NCBI GenBank assembly: GCA_050952625.1
Contig: JBMNLH010000003.1
Location: forward strand, 119,429-183,428
DNA: 64,000 nucleotides
Origin: Bacillota bacterium
Lineage (GTDB): Bacteria; Bacillota; Ch66; Ch109
Direction: 5' to 3'
Under the pieces are notes generated by a model, which was not told where the DNA came from, did no database searches, and saw only the letters and a program-made list of their open reading frames with translations. Position numbers and translations under genes: made by a program. Shown piece by piece: positions 32,431 through 43,055 of this stretch. Positions within the stretch are counted from its first letter, which is position 1. The number at the start of each line of letters is the position of its first letter.

Positions 32431-32503
32431 GGTCAATAAATGACAACTTACATCGTTTGTTTTCATTTTCAGTTTAGCCTGATGACCGCTTAAAATACAA
32501 GCA
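32431..32503 (+). repeat. Degenerate, internally deleted copy of the 193-bp element
   Basis: GGTCA...TTACATC left arm and CAGTTTAGCCTGATGACC...AAAATACAAGCA right arm, without the central hairpin. Confidence 0.7.
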
Positions 32504-32606
32504 TTAAACATTTTTTAATTTTTTAATTACTCTCCGGGACACCTAACCGGCCACCGTGCCCCGGGTGGTTTGGGTGGCAGGTGTCTACCTGAAGTAATTG
32601 GCAGTA

Positions 32607-33446
32607 TTACCCGGTGCCCGTACCCCGGATAGTTTTGGTGAGCACAAAGCGTTCCAGGACTTCGGCCACACCATCATCTTCATTCGTCTTGGTAATGTAA
32701 TTGGCGAAACGCTTAATCTCCTCCCGGGCATTGCCCATTACCACGCCTAAACCAGCGAACTGAATCATATCCAGGTCATTATAACTATCGCCGATAGCTA
32801 TCACCGACTCCCGAGGGATCTGAAAGTAATCGGCTACTTTCTTTAGGGCCTGGCCTTTCGTCGCCTCTGGATGAAGGGCTTCTAGATAGTAAGGCTTGGA
32901 TTTAGTGATGTATAGCTCCTGACCAAAATCAGCCTGAAGAGCAGCCGCCAACTGGTCAAGCTTAATTTCATCAAAATTGCATATCAGGATTTTAGTGGGC
33001 TCCGGACAGGCTTGCAGCAAGTCATCCACCAGCGTTACTTCCACCCCGGCCAAATCCACATAGGCCTGTCCTTCCGGCGTCAGCTTCTCCATGCACAACC
33101 GGTCTTCGTAGTACATCTGCAGATGGTAGCCAAAAGACATTACCCTTTCGGCGACCGGCTGAACCAGCCGCCGTGGAACCGGCCGGTGGTAAAGGACCTC
33201 CCCGGAACGGGAATTTTTGACCAACGCCCCCTGGTAGGTAATTAAAGGAATGTTTAAGCCTAATTGTTCCGCATAAGGAGCGGCCGAGCGAAACATTCGC
33301 CCGGTAGCCAGAGTCACCTGCACCCCTCGCTGCTGAGCTTCCTTAATCGCCTGTTGGGTTCGTTCTGATATTTTCAAATCATTGTTGAGCAGGGTATCAT
33401 CCAAGTCAATTGCCACCAACCGGTAGGTTGGATAAGTGTATCTCAT
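32607..33446 (-). CDS. Cof-type HAD-IIB hydrolase
   Basis: DLDDTLL, ATGR, GDSYNDLDM, VMGNA. Confidence 0.93.
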   Translation of the reverse strand: MRYTYPTYRLVAIDLDDTLLNNDLKISERTQQAIKEAQQRGVQVTLATGRMFRSAAPYAEQLGLNIPLITYQGALVKNSRSGEVLYHRPVPRRLVQPVAERVMSFGYHLQMYYEDRLCMEKLTPEGQAYVDLAGVEVTLVDDLLQACPEPTKILICNFDEIKLDQLAAALQADFGQELYITKSKPYYLEALHPEATKGQALKKVADYFQIPRESVIAIGDSYNDLDMIQFAGLGVVMGNAREEIKRFANYITKTNEDDGVAEVLERFVLTKTIRGTGTG

Positions 33447-33715
33447 CTTGTTTATCTTAGCCTCCTCAAAAAACCCTTAGGTTGAGCCACGGGGACCGGT
33501 ACACAATTCCACCCTTGCTGTCCCATTTGCTCTAGAAATCAATTCAAATCATTATATTATCAAGATATAATCAAGGCTTGCCCTTTGTTTTCTTAAGCCT
33601 GCTATTCTTCCTGTTCCTTACCCACCTTAATTCTAACCCTCACGATCCTTCACTTTTTAGCAGGTAATCGATAGCTTGCAGATCCCGCTCGCCTTAATTC
33701 TACCCTCACGATCCT

Positions 33716-35593
33716 TCACCCCTCAGCTTCTTCGAAAAATTCCCGCACAGCCTGGGCCGCTTTTTTGGTCATCCCGGGCACGGCCAACAAATCCTCTAAG
33801 CCGGCCTGGCGGATCCGTTTCACCGACCCAAAGTGCCGCAGCAGGGCTTTGCGCCGTTTCGGGCCGATCCCAGGAATACTGTCCAGGGTTGAACTCAGTG
33901 CCGTCTTTCCCCGCTGTTGCCGGTGATGCCCGATCGCAAACCGATGCGCTTCATCCCGGAGTCGCTGCAACAGATGTAATTCCGGCGAGTCTTTAGGTAG
34001 AATAATGGGTTCAGACTGCTGCTCCCGAAAGAGGTGTTCAAATTCCTCAGCCAACCCGAAGGTGGGAATCTCTTCTACTCCCAATTCCCGCATTACTTGC
34101 CGCACTGCCTGAAGTTGACCCTTGCCGCCATCAATGATCATTAAATCAGGAAAACGGGCAAACCGAGCCTGCTCCTCTGCCATCTCGCCGGCGGCCAGGG
34201 CGGCCTGCTCCGCTAGCCCCCGGCGAAAGCGGCGCCGTACCACTTCCTGCAGCGAAGCAAAATCATTCGGGCCTTCCACGGTCTTAATCCGAAAATGACG
34301 GTATTCAGACGGACACGGCTCGCCATTCTCCATGACCACCAGAGAACCAACTGACTGACTGCCCTGAAAGTTAGAAATATCGTAGCCTTCAATCCGGTAA
34401 GGCAGACCAGGCAGCTCAAGCTGCTGCTGCAGTCCGCGCAGAATGGCCTGATTCCGTTGCTGCCGATTTTCTTCTGCCTGAGTGTGCTCTTCCAAAGTCA
34501 GTAACGCGTTGCGGGTGGCCAGCTCGATCAATTGGTGCTTGCCCCCCCGTTGCGGGGTTAATAACTTGACCCGGCGACGGTCCCGCTTTTGCGTCAGCCA
34601 CTGCTCTATCAGCGTGCCTTCCTCAGCCGGCAGTTTCTCCGGCAAAAGAATGGTTGGCGGCACAAAGTCGACTGAAGCGTAATACTGCTTAATAAACTCC
34701 GCCAGCACCTGGCCCAGTTCGGCCCCTTCGGTATTGCGCAGCCAGAAGGTTTCCCGGCCCACCATCTTGCCGGCCCGAATAAAAAACACTTGACCGACTG
34801 CTTCCTGAAACCCCAGGGCTAGACCAACTACATCCTGGTCCTCCAAGCCCGCGGAGATGATTTTCTGCTTCTCCGTCACCGCCTGCAGGGCCCGAATCTG
34901 GTCCCGCAGCCGCGCAGCCTGTTCAAAATTTAGGTTTTCCGCCGCTTCTTCCATCCGCCTCGTTAATTCTTGGACTAGATGCTCGGTTCTTCCTTCGAGA
35001 AACAGGATGACCTGCTGGACCAGTTCTTGATAGTCCTCCGCTTTTACCTGCCCGGTGCAGGGAGCCAGACAACGCTGAATGTGGAAATTCAAGCAAGGAC
35101 GGCCCCGCGCCGCCAATCCCTTTTGCTTGCAGCTACGCAAGGGAAAGACTGTTTCCAATAACCGCATCGTCTCGCGCATGGCCCCAACATCAGTATATGG
35201 CCCAAAATAACGACTGCCGTCTTTTTTTATCGCCCGCGCCACCACCACCCGCGGAAACTCTTCTTCCAGGGTAATCCGCAGATAGGGGTAGTGTTTATCG
35301 TCTTTCAGGCTAATGTTGTACTTGGGCCGGTAGTACTTGATCAGGTTGCATTCCAGAACTAAGGCCTCTACCTCGGAATCGGTAACGATGACGTCTAGAT
35401 CCCCGACTTGACTAACCAGGGCCCGAGTCTTAGGATCTAGATGCCGCGCCGCCTGAAAATAGGACCGGACCCGCTGCCGCAATGACCGGGCCTTGCCCAC
35501 GTAGATAATCCGGGAGCGGTTATCTTTCATCAGGTAAACACCCGGTTCCGTTGGGAGGTGTTTTAGTTTGTTTTCTATATCCTCGTTAACCAT
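33716..35593 (-). CDS. uvrC: Excinuclease ABC subunit C
   Basis: GIY-YIG (PGVYLM..IIYVGKA), IDGGKGQL, RDEAHRFAI, HhH. Confidence 0.97.
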   Translation of the reverse strand: MVNEDIENKLKHLPTEPGVYLMKDNRSRIIYVGKARSLRQRVRSYFQAARHLDPKTRALVSQVGDLDVIVTDSEVEALVLECNLIKYYRPKYNISLKDDKHYPYLRITLEEEFPRVVVARAIKKDGSRYFGPYTDVGAMRETMRLLETVFPLRSCKQKGLAARGRPCLNFHIQRCLAPCTGQVKAEDYQELVQQVILFLEGRTEHLVQELTRRMEEAAENLNFEQAARLRDQIRALQAVTEKQKIISAGLEDQDVVGLALGFQEAVGQVFFIRAGKMVGRETFWLRNTEGAELGQVLAEFIKQYYASVDFVPPTILLPEKLPAEEGTLIEQWLTQKRDRRRVKLLTPQRGGKHQLIELATRNALLTLEEHTQAEENRQQRNQAILRGLQQQLELPGLPYRIEGYDISNFQGSQSVGSLVVMENGEPCPSEYRHFRIKTVEGPNDFASLQEVVRRRFRRGLAEQAALAAGEMAEEQARFARFPDLMIIDGGKGQLQAVRQVMRELGVEEIPTFGLAEEFEHLFREQQSEPIILPKDSPELHLLQRLRDEAHRFAIGHHRQQRGKTALSSTLDSIPGIGPKRRKALLRHFGSVKRIRQAGLEDLLAVPGMTKKAAQAVREFFEEAEG

Positions 35594-35941
35594 GATAATT
35601 GTTTTCCACCATTCAACCGATTAGATTATCTCACCAGCTAGCACTAAATGTATTGTAGCTAACCTAAAATTTTTCTTCAACCTGACTCACATAAGAAATA
35701 AGCCCAACGCCTTACCTCTTGTATAAGACTTGGCTCCATTTAGCCAAGCCCTGGCGCCAAGTGCTCGTTTAGATTCGCTGAAGATCAAGGAATGAGCTCC
35801 ACTCATGGGTTTCTTATATATGGTACCCCACTTATAGAAGTGGAAGTCTTTTGGTTCAGTTAAAAAGTCAAAAGTCTATATTACTTTCCGAGTTATGTTA
35901 GGAAAGTCAATGAAATCGTTCTATTTAACCCTTGTCTCTGA

Positions 35942-35975
35942 GTATTATGTAAACTAAGGTTGGTTTACATAATAC
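35942..35975. promoter_or_regulatory. Perfect 13-8-13 inverted repeat, probable operator
   Basis: GTATTATGTAAAC-TAAGGTTG-GTTTACATAATAC. Confidence 0.5.
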
Positions 35976-35997
35976 AGGACAGGGGGGTGAAGTCACT

Positions 35998-37080
35998 TTG
36001 CCTATGTATAATCCGGTTCAGTCTGACGTAAATCGGGGGCGTTTAGTCACCTGGTCGGTCCAAAAAAACTACTGTGAGTTCAATGGTTCGGTTTTAACTT
36101 GCTATGCCCCAATTTATAGTTATTATTATGCCCTTGGAGTGGAAGAGAAGATCGCCAAAACCCTAGCCCTTATCCCGGCCACCCCGGCTGAGTACCAGGG
36201 AGCAACTGCCATTACTCTTCCTGGTGTTGAAGAAGCTGCCCAAAGCGAGTTCTGGAAAACAGTAATCATGCTTCTAACCTGCGCCAATTTAGGCATCGCG
36301 ATCGCCAACCTTCCCAATCACCATTACTTCCCTGACCAACCGGCGGAAATTTGGCCGTACCCAACACCTTCTTTTATAGATTCACCAAATTCACCAAACC
36401 TGACTGACATATCCCACTCTTCCGGTCCTGGGGCGGCTGCTGACCTAATCGCTCCAGCCACTTCAGTTGTTTCAGACAATCCCATTACTCAAGTCACTTC
36501 TGTTCCGGAGTCAGACTCAACCATTGAGCTAACTCAGCCCCTTGATCCATCGCAAACCACTGAGACTCTCCACTCTTTAAGCCCTAGTGATTCCCCGAGT
36601 CAAACAGAAACCCCGACCGCTCCTCCAAAAACCCCGGCTGAAACCCCGACCGAAACCCCGACTAAAATCCCGGCTAAAACCCCGGCTGCGCCTAAACCGA
36701 AGGCAACTCCTAGCCCGGGTTCTTCGGCGAAAAGACCTTCGCCGGCAGTCATAAGAGAAGAGTTGTCCCGTATAGCAGAAATTACCACTGCTGATTTAGC
36801 CGCTCTAGAACCGGTAATCATGGAATGCACTGCATATACTCATACTGGATCCCGAACTGCCACCGGAGTCATGCCCCGCTACGGTGTTGTGGCGGTCGAT
36901 CCCAAGGTAATCCCGCTGGGCAGCCAGCTTTATGTCGTTGGTTACGGACCGGCTATTGCGGCTGATACTGGGGGATTAATTAAGGGAAATATCATCGACA
37001 TCTTTCTGGATTCCGAAGCAGCCTGCCGAAAGTGGGGCCGACGCAAGGTAGAGGTTTATATTTTACGCAAAGGAGTCTGA
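35998..37080 (+). CDS. 3D-domain (MltA-like lytic transglycosylase domain) protein with a Pro/Thr-rich linker
   Basis: CTAYT, VAVDPKVIPLGS, AADTGGLIKGNIIDIF. Confidence 0.85.
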   Translation: MPMYNPVQSDVNRGRLVTWSVQKNYCEFNGSVLTCYAPIYSYYYALGVEEKIAKTLALIPATPAEYQGATAITLPGVEEAAQSEFWKTVIMLLTCANLGIAIANLPNHHYFPDQPAEIWPYPTPSFIDSPNSPNLTDISHSSGPGAAADLIAPATSVVSDNPITQVTSVPESDSTIELTQPLDPSQTTETLHSLSPSDSPSQTETPTAPPKTPAETPTETPTKIPAKTPAAPKPKATPSPGSSAKRPSPAVIREELSRIAEITTADLAALEPVIMECTAYTHTGSRTATGVMPRYGVVAVDPKVIPLGSQLYVVGYGPAIAADTGGLIKGNIIDIFLDSEAACRKWGRRKVEVYILRKGV

Positions 37081-37085
37081 GCCGC

Positions 37086-37955
37086 TTGGTATCCATTATC
37101 ATCCCGGTGAAAAACGAAGGAGCTTTAATCCTGAATACGGTGAACAGTATCCGGCAGGCCCCGAACAAGACGCCCTATGAAATTATCGTCATTGATGACA
37201 ATTCAACTGACAGCTGCTGTGACCCGCTGCAGCCCTTAGCCGCGGCCGGGCAGCTCACTTTAACCAAAGCCCCGCCCAATAATCAAACCCCTCCCCGAAA
37301 TCTGGGAGCCACTCTGGCCCGGGGAGAGATCCTGGTTTTTTGTGATGCGCATCTACTCGTACCCCCGGGCTGGATTGATCAATTAACCGAACCCCTTCGG
37401 ACTGGGATAGTCGATGCCATCTGTCCGGCCATTGCCCCCCACAACGCCCCGGAACGGGCTGGCTATGGGCAAACCTGGCAATCGGACCTGACCGTCCGCT
37501 GGCTGGACCATCCCGGGCGGCTAGCCCCAGTTCCCCTGCTACCTGGAGGATGCTTGGCGATCAGGGCCGCTGTGTTTTGGCAGGTTCAAGGTTTTGACAG
37601 CGGCTTCCGCGGCTGGGGTTATGAGGATCAAGAAATCTCGCTCAATCTCTGGTTACAGGGTCATTCCCTGTGTGTTCAACCGTCGGTTAAGATCCTCCAC
37701 GTTTTTCGCCAGACCTTTCCCTACCCGGTCCAGACCCAAAACGTCAACTACAACCTGCTCCGGCTGGCCTGTACCCATTTTAACCAGCAACGGCTGCAAA
37801 AAGTGATCGATCTCCTGACTTCCCGTTATGGCCCGGTAGATGATCTGCTCCAGCAGGTCCAAGCAGACGGAGTCGCCGAACGCCGCCAGCATTTTTTGGC
37901 CAGTCGAGTTTACGACGACGACTGGTTCATGGCCCAATTTGCGATCCCATTTTAA
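37086..37955 (+). CDS. Glycosyltransferase family 2
   Basis: VSIIIPVKNE, IDDNSTD, FCDAH, WGYEDQE. Confidence 0.9.
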   Translation: MVSIIIPVKNEGALILNTVNSIRQAPNKTPYEIIVIDDNSTDSCCDPLQPLAAAGQLTLTKAPPNNQTPPRNLGATLARGEILVFCDAHLLVPPGWIDQLTEPLRTGIVDAICPAIAPHNAPERAGYGQTWQSDLTVRWLDHPGRLAPVPLLPGGCLAIRAAVFWQVQGFDSGFRGWGYEDQEISLNLWLQGHSLCVQPSVKILHVFRQTFPYPVQTQNVNYNLLRLACTHFNQQRLQKVIDLLTSRYGPVDDLLQQVQADGVAERRQHFLASRVYDDDWFMAQFAIPF

Positions 37956-38283
37956 TACTCTTGGCTTATTTATTATTGCTGCCGCCATGAAATCGATCTT
38001 TTCTAACTAAATAAGTCTCGTATTATTTCATTAAAATGCAATCGAATTATCCGAGGTATCTGGCCCTCATCAAAATGACACCGAACAGCGTCCTTTATTT
38101 CATTTTTTATGGCATCAAAAGTATCACCTTCAGTAAATATTGAAAATCTAATTGGATATTCAATATCTCCAACCTACAAGATTTGGTTCCTGTTTTAAGA
38201 ATAATACTATCTTCTGTTTAAAACCCGCACAACCTATGAGGCGGCAATTACCCGCAACTTTTAGATTACCCGAACAACAAATT

Positions 38284-39420
38284 TTACACCAATTGCTCCA
38301 ACCTAGCTCTAAACGGATTAAGCTTTATTTTACCCCCATCGCTGATTCTTGTCGCACTGGCCAAATTTCGCCGGATGCTCTGGTCCAAAGCCTGCCCAAA
38401 ATCATCGCTATAGTTTTTAATTAAAACATTAAGCTCTAACAGCTTCCCCATGGCCTGCTTGTTCAGATTTGCCGAGCCTAAAGTAACCGTTCGCTTATCT
38501 ACTCTGATCAATTTGGCATGGATCATATTTCTGCTTAAAAAAACCTTGACCCGGTTATCTGTCTTGGCTAGGATCTCCTTTGACCACCTGCATATTGAGA
38601 TCATGCTGGAGATTGGCTTTACCGGGCAAAAGCAGATTGATCCTCACCCCGCGGTTGGCCGCTTCAATAATTGTATGCGTAATATCTGGCTCCCCTAGAT
38701 AAGCCATGAGAATATCGATTGACTCTCTAGCTGAGGCTAACAACTGGATAATTTTGTCCTTAACCTCATAGAACAATTGCCCCGTTGCGCCGGACATTGA
38801 AGATAAACTCGACCGGGGCTTGCTCGTCAAAGCCCGCTCCGTGACGCAATCGCTGAAGAAATCTTCTCCACAAAAGATTGACCCACCAATTCAACCATGT
38901 AGTCATTATATTTCTTGCCTTCAACATCAGCATAAATGCTCTTATCCTCTATATTCATCCCGCCCAGAATCAAAACTCGGTTATCGAAGATATAGTACTT
39001 GGAGTGATCCCCGATGATGGTATCCTTATCAACGGATACATTCTGATGAACCAGCAGTCGACGCGCTAAACTATTGGGTCTTTGTTTGGTGCTTCTGGCT
39101 TTTCCGGTCATGGGATACATGGTATTAACCGCTGCCGCCTTGAGCCACAAACCCAGGTTAAAATCCTTATGCCAAAAGCTCTGCTTGGTTTCCTCAGCTT
39201 TCTCAAACAATTCCCCCAGCTTATCTTTGACAATCCTTACCTTAACGCCCCGATCAGCCGCCTGCAGCAGTTCTTGGGCCAGCTGATTGCCAATCTCATC
39301 GTCCCGCCAGATAAACATATTTATGGAGATTGTTTTCGTCGCCGTTCTGATCCGTTCAATGATCCGCGGAAAGGCGGTTCCGCCATCGACCAGCAATTCT
39401 ATATTTTCTGACTTCTCCAT
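38284..39420 (-). CDS. Phospholipase D / cardiolipin-synthase-like protein broken by about three +1 frameshifts
   Basis: Two HKD motifs: DHSKYYIFD..GGMNI and IHAKLIRVD..GSANL. Confidence 0.8.
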
Positions 39421-39442
39421 CTTTTCTCATAACCTCATCCAC

Positions 39443-42271
39443 TCACAGCACCTGCTTTAAATAATACCCGGTATAAGACTCGGGTACCTGCGCTACCTCT
39501 TCAGGAGTGCCGGTAGCCACCACCTCACCACCCCGCTCGCCTCCCTCCGGTCCCAAATCAATCAAGTAGTCGGCGGTTTTAATGACATCCAGGTTGTGTT
39601 CAATTACAATCACAGAATCCCCGGCCTCCACCAGTTGTTGCAGCACGTGCAGCAGATTGTGGACATCCGCTTTGTGCAAGCCGGTCGTCGGTTCATCCAG
39701 AAGATAAACGGTTTTGCCGGTGCTACGTCGGCTCAGTTCGGTCGCCAGCTTCACCCGTTGGGCTTCACCCCCGGACAGGGTCGTGGCCGGCTGGCCTAAA
39801 CGCAGATAACCCAAGCCCACTTCCTCCAGGGTTTTCAGCTTGCGGATAATCTTGGGGTGATTCTGAAAGAAGTCCACCGCTTCCGCCACCGTCATGTCTA
39901 AGACATCGGCAATGTTTTTGCCCTTGTAGCGGATTTCCAGGGTTTCCCGGTTATAACGCTTACCCTTGCACACCTCACAAGGGACATAGACATCCGGCAA
40001 AAAGTGCATCTCGATTTTAATAATCCCGTCCCCCCGGCAGGCCTCGCACCGGCCGCCTTTAACGTTAAAGCTAAAGCGACCAGCCCGGTAACCCCGGACC
40101 CGGGACTCTGTGGTCTGCGTAAAAAGCTCCCGAATGCTGTCAAAAACACCCGTATAGGTGGCTGCGTTGGAACGGGGGGTCCGGCCAATAGGCGACTGAT
40201 CAATATCAATCACCTTGTCCACGTACTCCAAACCCTGAATGGCATCATGCTCCCCCGGCCGGGTAGAAGCCCGGTGCAGGACCTGAGCCAATTTTTTATA
40301 CAGAATCTCATTGATCAAGGTGCTTTTTCCCGAACCGGACACCCCGGTAACGCAGGTAAAAACCCCCAACGGAATACGCACCGAAATGTTCTTTAAATTA
40401 TTCTCCCGAGCCCCTTGGATTTCCAGCCACTTCCCATTGCCTGGCCGGCGCTGCTCTGGCCGCGGGATCTCCTTGCGGCCACTAAAATACTGGCCGGTCA
40501 CTGATTCCGGCACGGCCATCAGATCTTCCAGGGTCCCCTGCGCCACCACTTGACCCCCAAGGGCCCCGGCCCCGGGCCCCATATCGACCAAATAATCGGC
40601 CTCCCGAATCGTATCCTCATCGTGTTCCACCACAATCAGGGTATTCCCCAGGTCCCGCAGCCGTTTTAAGGTCGCAATCAGCCGGTCATTATCCCGCTGG
40701 TGCAGGCCAATACTAGGCTCGTCCAAAATATAAAGCACGCCCATCAAGCTAGAACCAATCTGCGTGGCCAGGCGAATCCGCTGGGCTTCCCCGCCGGACA
40801 GGGTCCCCGCAGCCCGGTCCAGCGTTAAATAGTCGAGCCCAACGTTCATCATAAAGCCGAGCCGTTCGCGAATCTCTTTTAACACCTGATAACCGATAGT
40901 TTGCTCCCGTTCGGTTAAAGCTAATCCCGCTAGATAATTCTGCACCTCGATTACGGATAGCCGGGTTAGTTCATAGATATTTAATGACCCAACCCGGACC
41001 GCCAGGCTTTCCGGCCGCAGCCGAGCACCCCGGCATTCGGGACAGCAGCGGGTACTCATGTAGCGTTCAATCTCTTGCCGCGACCACTCTGATTGGGTCT
41101 CGCGGTGACGTCGCGCCAGGGTGTTGATTACTCCCTCCCAATACCCAGCGTAGGTAGAGACTTCCCCGGCGGAATTCCGGTACTGGAAGCGGATTTTTTC
41201 TTTGCCCGCCCCATACAGGACTAGCTTCAAGTGTTCCGGGTCAAGTTCTTTGAGCGGCACCTGGGTACTAAACCCATAGTGGGCTGCCAAAGATTCGAGA
41301 AACTGATAGAGATAAATGCCATTATAGTTAGCCAGCGGAGCAATCCCTCCCCCAGCAATCGACTTCTCATGATCCGGCACGACTAAGGCCGGATCCACCT
41401 CCATCTTCATCCCCAGCCCCCCGCAGTCCGGGCAGGCCCCATAGGGAGTGTTAAAGGAAAACATCCGGGGCGTAATTTCCTCTAGACTAATCCCGCAGTC
41501 CGGACAGGCAAAATTCTGGGAAAAAACCAGCAGCTCAGATTTGTCTTTCTCTCCCAAAATCTCCGCGATCACCAGGCCGTCGGCCAGCTTCAAAGCCGTC
41601 TCCAGCGAATCCGCCAAGCGTTGCCGTTGGTCAGGCCGGAGCACAATCCGATCCACCACGACCTCGATTGTGTGTTTTTTATTCTTCTCCAGTTTGATCT
41701 CCTCGGTTACTTCCCGGACCTGGCCATTGACCCGGACCCGCACGAAGCCAGCCTTACGTACATCTTCCAAGACCTTCAGGTGTTCCCCCTTGCGTCCGCG
41801 CACCAGGGGAGCTAAGATCTGCAGCCGGGTGCGTTCCGGGTAGCCCAGCAGCTGGTCGACCATTTGATCCACGGTCTGCTGGCTGATCGGCTGACCGCAC
41901 TTGGGACAGTGGGGCCGACCAATTCGCGCATAAAGCAGCCGCAGGTAGTCATAAATCTCCGTCACCGTTCCTACCGTAGAACGCGGGTTACGGCTGGTAG
42001 TTTTCTGATCAATCGAAATGGCTGGGGACAAGCCCTCAATGCTGTCTACATCTGGCTTGTCCATTTGACCTAAAAACTGACGGGCATAGGCGGACAACGA
42101 TTCCACATACCGACGCTGCCCCTCCGCATAAATAGTGTCAAAGGCCAGCGAAGATTTGCCCGAACCAGAGATGCCGGTAATCACGATCAGCTTATCCCGC
42201 GGCAGAGTCAGGTCAATATTGGCCAAATTGTGCTGACGCGCCCCTCTAATAATTAACGAGTTGCCACTCAT
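39443..42271 (-). CDS. uvrA: Excinuclease ABC subunit A
   Basis: Two Walker A Gx[14 protein letters not shown] signatures, Zn fingers; ATG at 42271. Confidence 0.97.
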   Translation of the reverse strand: MSGNSLIIRGARQHNLANIDLTLPRDKLIVITGISGSGKSSLAFDTIYAEGQRRYVESLSAYARQFLGQMDKPDVDSIEGLSPAISIDQKTTSRNPRSTVGTVTEIYDYLRLLYARIGRPHCPKCGQPISQQTVDQMVDQLLGYPERTRLQILAPLVRGRKGEHLKVLEDVRKAGFVRVRVNGQVREVTEEIKLEKNKKHTIEVVVDRIVLRPDQRQRLADSLETALKLADGLVIAEILGEKDKSELLVFSQNFACPDCGISLEEITPRMFSFNTPYGACPDCGGLGMKMEVDPALVVPDHEKSIAGGGIAPLANYNGIYLYQFLESLAAHYGFSTQVPLKELDPEHLKLVLYGAGKEKIRFQYRNSAGEVSTYAGYWEGVINTLARRHRETQSEWSRQEIERYMSTRCCPECRGARLRPESLAVRVGSLNIYELTRLSVIEVQNYLAGLALTEREQTIGYQVLKEIRERLGFMMNVGLDYLTLDRAAGTLSGGEAQRIRLATQIGSSLMGVLYILDEPSIGLHQRDNDRLIATLKRLRDLGNTLIVVEHDEDTIREADYLVDMGPGAGALGGQVVAQGTLEDLMAVPESVTGQYFSGRKEIPRPEQRRPGNGKWLEIQGARENNLKNISVRIPLGVFTCVTGVSGSGKSTLINEILYKKLAQVLHRASTRPGEHDAIQGLEYVDKVIDIDQSPIGRTPRSNAATYTGVFDSIRELFTQTTESRVRGYRAGRFSFNVKGGRCEACRGDGIIKIEMHFLPDVYVPCEVCKGKRYNRETLEIRYKGKNIADVLDMTVAEAVDFFQNHPKIIRKLKTLEEVGLGYLRLGQPATTLSGGEAQRVKLATELSRRSTGKTVYLLDEPTTGLHKADVHNLLHVLQQLVEAGDSVIVIEHNLDVIKTADYLIDLGPEGGERGGEVVATGTPEEVAQVPESYTGYYLKQVL

Positions 42272-42320
42272 GGTTTCAGTATTAATTCCTTTCTTATTTA
42301 TTCCTTTCAAAAAATAACAT

Positions 42321-42470
42321 AATAAGAAAATAACACCATTTATAGTTTGTGTTATTTTCGTTGGTGGTTGTGCCCTGCGGGCATGAGCGGTTAATAAGAA
42401 AATAACACGTTTCTCGTAGTTTGTGTTATTTTCATCGTGGTTGTGCCTGGTCGGGCATGGGCGGTTAATA
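42321..42470. repeat. Two tandem 72-bp units of repeat family B in the uvrA leader
   Basis: Units at 42321 and 42393, each with an AAAATAACAC/GTGTTATTTT IR and a TGCC/GGCA hairpin. Confidence 0.85.
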
Positions 42471-42596
42471 GGCAAATATCTCAATAAAACCGCCAAATCG
42501 GATATCGTCGGTGAACACTACTTATTAAACACTACTTAATCACGTAGTTTCATTTCCGCTTATGGTACTGTTTAACTACATGAAGGTCTAATAAGT

Positions 42597-42631
42597 ATTG
42601 TAACGCTTCATCCTCCATAGAACAATAGTTC
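42597..42631 (-). promoter_or_regulatory. sigmaA promoter of uvrA overlapped by a LexA (Cheo) box
   Basis: TTGTTC-N17-TACAAT; GAAC-AATA-GTTC at 42620-42631 covers the -35. Confidence 0.7.
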
Positions 42632-43055
42632 TAAAAAACCCTATATCTATAGACAATTATTTACAAAAACCATTAAAGAAATTGGCAAGAACGCAGTAAC
42701 TATTACCCTGCCCAATCGTTTAACTAAATAAAGGAGTGGCGTTACGGAAAGGAGTGATTGACATGACTTGAGTAAGATTATGTGGAGTCAGACATCGAGT
42801 TGAAGAAGTCAAGGATTTATCAGTTTAACAAAATTTTCAAGTACTATACTGGGGGACAAATGAATAATCCCTATGTACCCGTGAAAGCTTTAGGCGCAAT
42901 GCTGTATCAGTGAACTGAGGGCCGAAGACGTTCCTATGTTTTGTGTTTCCTTTCTAAATGTATTGGTGTACCTTAGGATTGGTATACCTTAGGAAGCAAA
43001 AAAACCGTTCCCTTGCTTCCTTTTTTCCTTGTTTTCAAAGAGGAGGTTTGATAAA

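Noticed and set aside
35928-35955. Chromosomal dif site
   Set aside because: Only a XerD-like arm matches; there is no XerC arm at 6-bp spacing.
42272-42496. 75-aa N-terminal extension of UvrA in the ORF track
   Set aside because: It is translated repeat family B sequence; homology starts at ATG 42271.
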